A DNA stretch of 64,000 nt. Source: Deltaproteobacteria bacterium. Lineage in GTDB: Bacteria; Desulfobacterota_D; UBA1144; Nemesobacterales; CSP1-2. Below the pieces are notes generated by a model. That model was not told the DNA's origin, did not search any database, and worked only from the letters and a program-made list of their open reading frames with translations. This document shows, piece by piece, positions 59,579-64,000 of this stretch (its first letter is position 1; every line of letters starts with the position of its first letter). Both the position numbers and the translations under genes were made by a program. Location of the stretch: the NCBI GenBank assembly GCA_016187835.1, contig JACPIY010000028.1, positions 33,455 through 97,454 of the forward strand, written 5' to 3'.

Positions 59579-60673
59579 TTATTGTTGGGAAAAATGTTGT
59601 GATCTTCCTGATTTTATCTGAAATATCTTTTTGTCGTCTTTTCGGAGGACTTCTTTTGTGGTAGTTGCTGTTACAAAGACCTGTCCTGTAAATCCTTCCA
59701 GAAGCCGGAATAGGAAGTTCCTTCTCCTCTCATCGAGTTCGCTTGTTATGTCGTCTAAAAGTAGGATGGGATTTCTTCCAAGGATGTTCCTGGTAAGTTT
59801 TATTTCAGAGGTTTTAAGGGATAGTGCAAGCGTTTTTGCTTCACCCTGAGAAGCCAAAACCGATGCGTCTTTTCCGTTTATACTAAATTCTATAAGATCC
59901 CTGTGAGGACCAACTGAGGTGTGTCCCCTGATTTTATCCTGTTTAAACCTTGACCTCAACTCTTTTCTCAATTCCTCTTCAAAATTACTGTCCAATTTGA
60001 AAGAGGGTTTATACTGGATTTTAACATCGGGTTTTTGTCCGGAGATGAATCCGTAGATTTTTTCTGCCTCGCGCTCGAGCTTCTCGATTATTCTAATTCT
60101 TCTCTTTATTATCCTTCCCCCTAGTTCTCCTATCTTTTCATCCCACACATCAAGCGTCTCTCCGGGGTCTTCTTTTTGCATCATGAGAGCGTTTCTCTGC
60201 ATGACGGCCCGGAAGTACGATTTTAGGTCTTTAAGATGGGCTGGGTCAAAGTTGAATATGAGACTATCAAGGTACCTTCTTCTATCCTGCGGGGTTCCTT
60301 TTACCAATTCTAAGTCTGATGGAAGGAAAGCAACAACGTTAAACTTGCCTAAAACCCTGCTCATATTGTATATGATTTTCCCATTGAGCTTTACGGTTTT
60401 TCCACCCTTCGTGAGTATTATATGTACTTCATTAAGACCTGAATCGGAATCGATCTCACCTTTTAATCTGGCTTCATTTTCTCCCAGAAAGATAAGTTTT
60501 TCCATGCTGACCTGTTTGAAGGGTCTGAACGTGAGTATAAAGTGTATTGCCTCGAGTAAATTGGTTTTGCCCTGGGCATTATCTCCAAATATAAGATTAA
60601 ACCTTTCATGAAACGTTAGGGTATCGGTTTTGTAATTTCTAAAGTTTCTTAGAGTGATTGATCTGAGTATCAC
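59579..60673 (-). CDS. recF: DNA replication and repair protein RecF
   Basis: LRNFRNYKTDTLTFHERFNLIFGDNAQGKTNLLEAI Walker A. Length 364 aa. Confidence 0.9.
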   Translation of the reverse strand: MILRSITLRNFRNYKTDTLTFHERFNLIFGDNAQGKTNLLEAIHFILTFRPFKQVSMEKLIFLGENEARLKGEIDSDSGLNEVHIILTKGGKTVKLNGKIIYNMSRVLGKFNVVAFLPSDLELVKGTPQDRRRYLDSLIFNFDPAHLKDLKSYFRAVMQRNALMMQKEDPGETLDVWDEKIGELGGRIIKRRIRIIEKLEREAEKIYGFISGQKPDVKIQYKPSFKLDSNFEEELRKELRSRFKQDKIRGHTSVGPHRDLIEFSINGKDASVLASQGEAKTLALSLKTSEIKLTRNILGRNPILLLDDITSELDERRRNFLFRLLEGFTGQVFVTATTTKEVLRKDDKKIFQIKSGRSQHFSQQ

Positions 60674-60837
60674 GGAACTGGTGCTTATAAGATTTATAGT
60701 ATTCCGCGATACAACCCATTTATTTCCATTTCTCGCGAACTGCGCTCGAAATAATTCACCTTCTTTGTCATCATAAGGCCCCCGCCGGCTTAACTGTGAT
60801 AGCGAGCATGGTAAAAAATCTCAAACGGGTTGCTTCA

Positions 60838-61045
60838 CAGAGTTTATACTTAGCACTTCGATTCTCTCAGTGCAGGCTCCGCGAATGTGCTCGCAATGAC
60901 GATTTAAGGGAAGTTACGCGGCTAACTATGAAACAAATTATAAATAAAATAATATGGTTGTTCAATTTGGTATCTGGGGGTAGGAATTCATCCATGAGAT
61001 ATGAAATTATTTCACGGGGTAAAGAGGGTGACTTTTCAGGGCAAT
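60838..61045. repeat. Partial, rearranged member of the intergenic repeat family
   Basis: Shares tttatacttagcacttcgattctctcagtgcaggct with copy 2 and ccatgagatatgaaattatttcacgggg with copy 1. The 84-aa ORF at 60796-61050 is probably spurious. Confidence 0.45.
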
Positions 61046-61107
61046 ATTAATCTTTCTTGACCTTGATCGGTTTGATACGGTAGTATTTTGTATCAGGGGT
61101 TGAAACG

Positions 61108-63258
61108 ATGTTATCCCTTAAAATTTACGAAATTTCGGTGAAGGATGCCGGTAAGGGTTTTGCAAGAGTTGACCCAAAGGATATGCGTGCGCTTGGTGTG
61201 AATCCCTGGGACATGATCGAAATTGGAGGAAAAAGAAAAACCGTTGTCAGGGTTATGCAGTTAGAAAAATCTCTTCAGGGGAAATCCATAGTACAGGTTG
61301 ATGGAATTACGAGAGAAAACGCAAGAGTAGGGATTGATGATCGTGTTTTTGTGAAGAAAGTTGGGACTGAATCTGCAATAAAGGTCGTGCTTGCACCATT
61401 TAACAGCGAGCTGCTTTTTAATGGAGACGATGGTAAGTTTCTGCTGAGCCGTCTTGACGGAATTCCTTTGACGGTTGGTGATAGAGTAAGGGTTACTCTT
61501 CCTGGGTCAAGAAACGAGGATTTTCAGGTGCTGGGGACTATTCCTGCTCAGTCAGTTGTAGTTCGGCCTACGACCAAGATAGAACTCAGAAAAAAACAAA
61601 AGAACAAATTAGACGCTTCAAGGGTAACATATGAGGATATTGGCGGTTTAAGAGAACAAATCAACAAGGTGAGAGAGACCGTAGAGCTTCCTCTCAGATA
61701 CCCTCAGGTATTTGAAAGACTGGGAATAGCACCTCCCAGGGGAGTTCTCCTTGTTGGACCTCCTGGGAGCGGAAAGACCCTTCTTGCAAAGGCTATAGCA
61801 CATGAGACAAACGCTAATTTCCAGTTGGTAAACGGCCCTGAGATCATACACAAATTCTACGGAGAGAGCGAAGCAAGGCTAAGAGATATTTTTGAAGTCG
61901 CTACTAGAAACCAACCATCCATTATTTTCATGGATGAACTTGATGCAATCGCACCCAAGAGAGATAAGGTTACCGGAGATGTGGAGAAAAGGGTTGTGGC
62001 ACAGCTTCTTGCCCTTATGGATGGGCTAAAGGATAGAGGAAGAGTAATAGTAATTGCCGCTACGAATCTTCCAAACATGATTGATCCGGCTTTAAGAAGA
62101 CCTGGCAGGTTTGACAGAGAAGTGAGTTTGGATGTGCCGGATAGAAACGGCAGGCTCGAGATTCTTGAGGTACATACGCGTGGAATGCCCCTTGCAAAAG
62201 ACTTAGACTTGGAACGCCTCGCTGATCTTACACATGGCTTTGTGGGTGCGGACATTGAAAACCTGTGTCGGGAGGCCGCAATGAAGGCTCTTAGAAATTT
62301 GCTTCCTGACATTGATTTTGAAGACGGATCCCTTCCCTATGAAAACCTTATGACACTGAGTGTGAGCATGCAGGACTTCATGGATGCTCTAAGAGGTGTT
62401 GAGCCTTCTGCAATAAGAGAGATATTTGTTGAGATACCTAAAGTTACATGGAATGATGTGGGTGGTCTTGATGAAATAAAGCAAAAGCTCACGGAAGCCG
62501 TAATTTGGCCTCTAAAGTACAAGGAATTATTTGAAGCAACTGGGACAAAAGCTCCAAAGGGAATACTTCTTTATGGACCGACAGGAACGGGTAAAACCCT
62601 ACTTGCAAAAGCGCTGGCAAATCAAAGCGGTGTAAATTTCATTTCAATAAAAGGGGCGGAGCTTCTTTCAAAGTACGTAGGCGAATCTGAAAATGCAGTG
62701 AGAGAGGTGTTTAAGAAAGCAAAGCAGGTTGCTCCGTGTACGGTGTTTTTTGATGAAATTGATGCGCTTGCTCCCTGCCGCGCTAAGGCTGAGGGTAATC
62801 GCGTTTCGGAAAGGGTTGTAAGCCAGTTGCTAACCGAGATGGACGGAATAGAAGAATTAAGAGGCGTTGTTGTTCTTGCCGCCACGAATCGGGTTGATAT
62901 GTTAGACCCTGCGCTCTTAAGGTCGGGGAGATTTGATCTTTTCCTCAATATCCCACTTCCAGATGAAGATGCACTACTACAAATCTTAAAGATTCACACC
63001 CGTGAGAAACCGCTTTCAAGGGATGTAAATTTAAGAGAGATGGCAGGCAGGATTAAGGATTTTTCTGGAGCCGATGTTGAGCTAATGTGCCATAGAGCTT
63101 CGATTATTGCAATAAAGGAGCATCTTAAGCGGGGAAAGGGCGTGTTGAGAATTAGGCAGAGCCATTTTGAAGAGGCTTTAAAGGAGATTGCAGAAAGAAT
63201 AAAAGGGTCTTTTTGCACTGCGGATGCTGAAAAGGGGAGGTTTGTTGGAGCCCAGTAA
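61108..63258 (+). CDS. Cdc48/VCP/VAT-like AAA+ ATPase (N-domain followed by D1 and D2 AAA domains)
   Basis: Cdc48-type N-domain (…[13 protein letters not shown]…). Two Walker A motifs: [13 protein letters not shown] and [13 protein letters not shown]. Second-region-homology arginines. Length 716 aa. Confidence 0.85.
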   Translation: MLSLKIYEISVKDAGKGFARVDPKDMRALGVNPWDMIEIGGKRKTVVRVMQLEKSLQGKSIVQVDGITRENARVGIDDRVFVKKVGTESAIKVVLAPFNSELLFNGDDGKFLLSRLDGIPLTVGDRVRVTLPGSRNEDFQVLGTIPAQSVVVRPTTKIELRKKQKNKLDASRVTYEDIGGLREQINKVRETVELPLRYPQVFERLGIAPPRGVLLVGPPGSGKTLLAKAIAHETNANFQLVNGPEIIHKFYGESEARLRDIFEVATRNQPSIIFMDELDAIAPKRDKVTGDVEKRVVAQLLALMDGLKDRGRVIVIAATNLPNMIDPALRRPGRFDREVSLDVPDRNGRLEILEVHTRGMPLAKDLDLERLADLTHGFVGADIENLCREAAMKALRNLLPDIDFEDGSLPYENLMTLSVSMQDFMDALRGVEPSAIREIFVEIPKVTWNDVGGLDEIKQKLTEAVIWPLKYKELFEATGTKAPKGILLYGPTGTGKTLLAKALANQSGVNFISIKGAELLSKYVGESENAVREVFKKAKQVAPCTVFFDEIDALAPCRAKAEGNRVSERVVSQLLTEMDGIEELRGVVVLAATNRVDMLDPALLRSGRFDLFLNIPLPDEDALLQILKIHTREKPLSRDVNLREMAGRIKDFSGADVELMCHRASIIAIKEHLKRGKGVLRIRQSHFEEALKEIAERIKGSFCTADAEKGRFVGAQ

Positions 63259-64000
63259 TTTTACCATCCTCTATGTATTTTCCTTTTTTTTTGGCTCAGT
63301 CATAGGAAGTTTTCTCAACGTATGTATTTACAGGTTGCCAAGGGAAGAATCAATAGTTTTTCCTCCATCTAATTGCACCTCGTGTAATAATCCGATCAGG
63401 TTTTACGATAACATCCCGATAATTAGTTATCTCTTTCTTCGTGGAAAGTGCAGAAGCTGTGGTGAAAGAATTTCTCCGGTTTATTTGATTGTCGAGGTTC
63501 TCTCGGGTTTAATCTCCGCCCTTTTAGTCTGGAGATTTGGTTTTAGTCTGACAACATTATTTTATTTCGCTTTTCTCTCCGCACTTGTCGTTATAACTTT
63601 TATTGATTTAGAGCATATGATTATCCCCAATGTAATAACCTTTCCCGGCATAGGGGTTGGGATTATTTACGCTGTTTTGAAAACCGATTGGAACACTGCT
63701 CATTTGCTCTTCGGGTCTTCTCGTTTTAATCTGGAGAGTATTCTCAGGATATTGAATGAAGTGCCGATTATAGACTCGATTTTTGGGATAATACTCGGAG
63801 GAGGGGTCCTGTTTCTTATAGGCTTTCTATATGAAGTTATAAGAAAAAGAGAGGGCATGGGAATGGGCGATGTAAAATTGCTTGCAATGATCGGAGCTTT
63901 TCTCGGCTGGAAAGGGGTGATCTTTGTAACTTTTATAAGCTCTCTAATTGGAACTGTTGTCGGCATATCAATAATTCTCTACAAAAGAGGCGATCTGAAA
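63226..64000 (+). CDS. pilD: Prepilin (type IV leader) peptidase / N-methyltransferase, partial; it runs off the window end
   Basis: CTSCNN...CRSCGE zinc-binding pairs. GMGDVKLLAMIGAFLGW active-site region. The start overlaps the cdc48-like 3' end by 33 nt. Confidence 0.8.

Noticed and set aside
60796-61050. 84-aa plus-strand ORF between recF and the cdc48-like gene
   Set aside because: It lies wholly within a partial copy of the intergenic repeat family and has no RBS or protein-like composition. The 70-aa ORF at 8680-8892 in the divergent repeat copy is rejected for the same reason.

Overview
This 64-kb window reads as a bacterial metagenome-assembled contig of unresolved lineage. It uses the standard genetic code and is AT-rich over most of its length, roughly 35-45% GC by eye. 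I found no rRNA, tRNA or CRISPR.

The first ~6.8 kb is clearly GC-richer. It is organised as four or five tandem gene cassettes, all encoded on the minus strand. Each cassette is bounded by a progressively degenerate direct repeat of the 3' end of a family-1 glycosyltransferase gene; that gene ends at nt 130. The pattern resembles repeated site-specific integration at one attachment site, but no integrase is visible.

The cassettes carry these genes:
- a ChaC/GGCT-like protein
- a zinc-ribbon protein recalled as DUF2293-like
- a small membrane protein
- two VOC/glyoxalase proteins
- an NmrA-like SDR
- a 333-aa unknown protein
- a MaoC hotdog protein
- a frameshifted DoxX

The rest of the window is mostly housekeeping genes: dapF, mnmG, uvrA, uppP, acs, an ABC-F ATPase, an aspartate aminotransferase, coaD, rsmD, pepF, a YqeY-like protein, tenA, recF and pilD. 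Less usual content is interspersed among them:
- a TldD/PmbA pair followed directly by an 850-aa pentapeptide-repeat membrane protein and a Dph6-like PP-loop ATPase, plus a third, secreted TldD paralog
- a tandem PAN/apple-domain protein
- a Cdc48/VCP-like double-AAA ATPase overlapping pilD
- a PA2779-like/C39-like peptidase/TPR lipoprotein cluster
- an adenylate cyclase with an N-terminal domain recalled as DUF5939-type
- an OmpA-like protein with reversed topology

At the DNA level there are several notable features:
- a modular intergenic repeat family of about 400 bp (two full copies, one partial, one divergent), associated with a recurring CCCCRTGAGATA hairpin
- a 2.9-kb GC-rich segment bounded by roughly 130-bp direct repeats; it carries a disrupted gluconate-2-dehydrogenase-like (GMC) operon, with an in-frame TGA at a conserved Cys codon and a T6 frameshift
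- two perfect palindromes sharing the half-sites TAGAGAC-N12-GTCTCTA, and a 17-2-17 palindrome in the mnmG divergent promoter
- a textbook sigma-54 -24/-12 promoter driving a 55-aa ORF that has a good terminator
- a 5'-truncated remnant of a sigma-54 activator inside a 1-kb non-coding gap

At least seven genes are split by single-base indels, several of them at homopolymer runs. These may be assembly errors rather than true pseudogenes.
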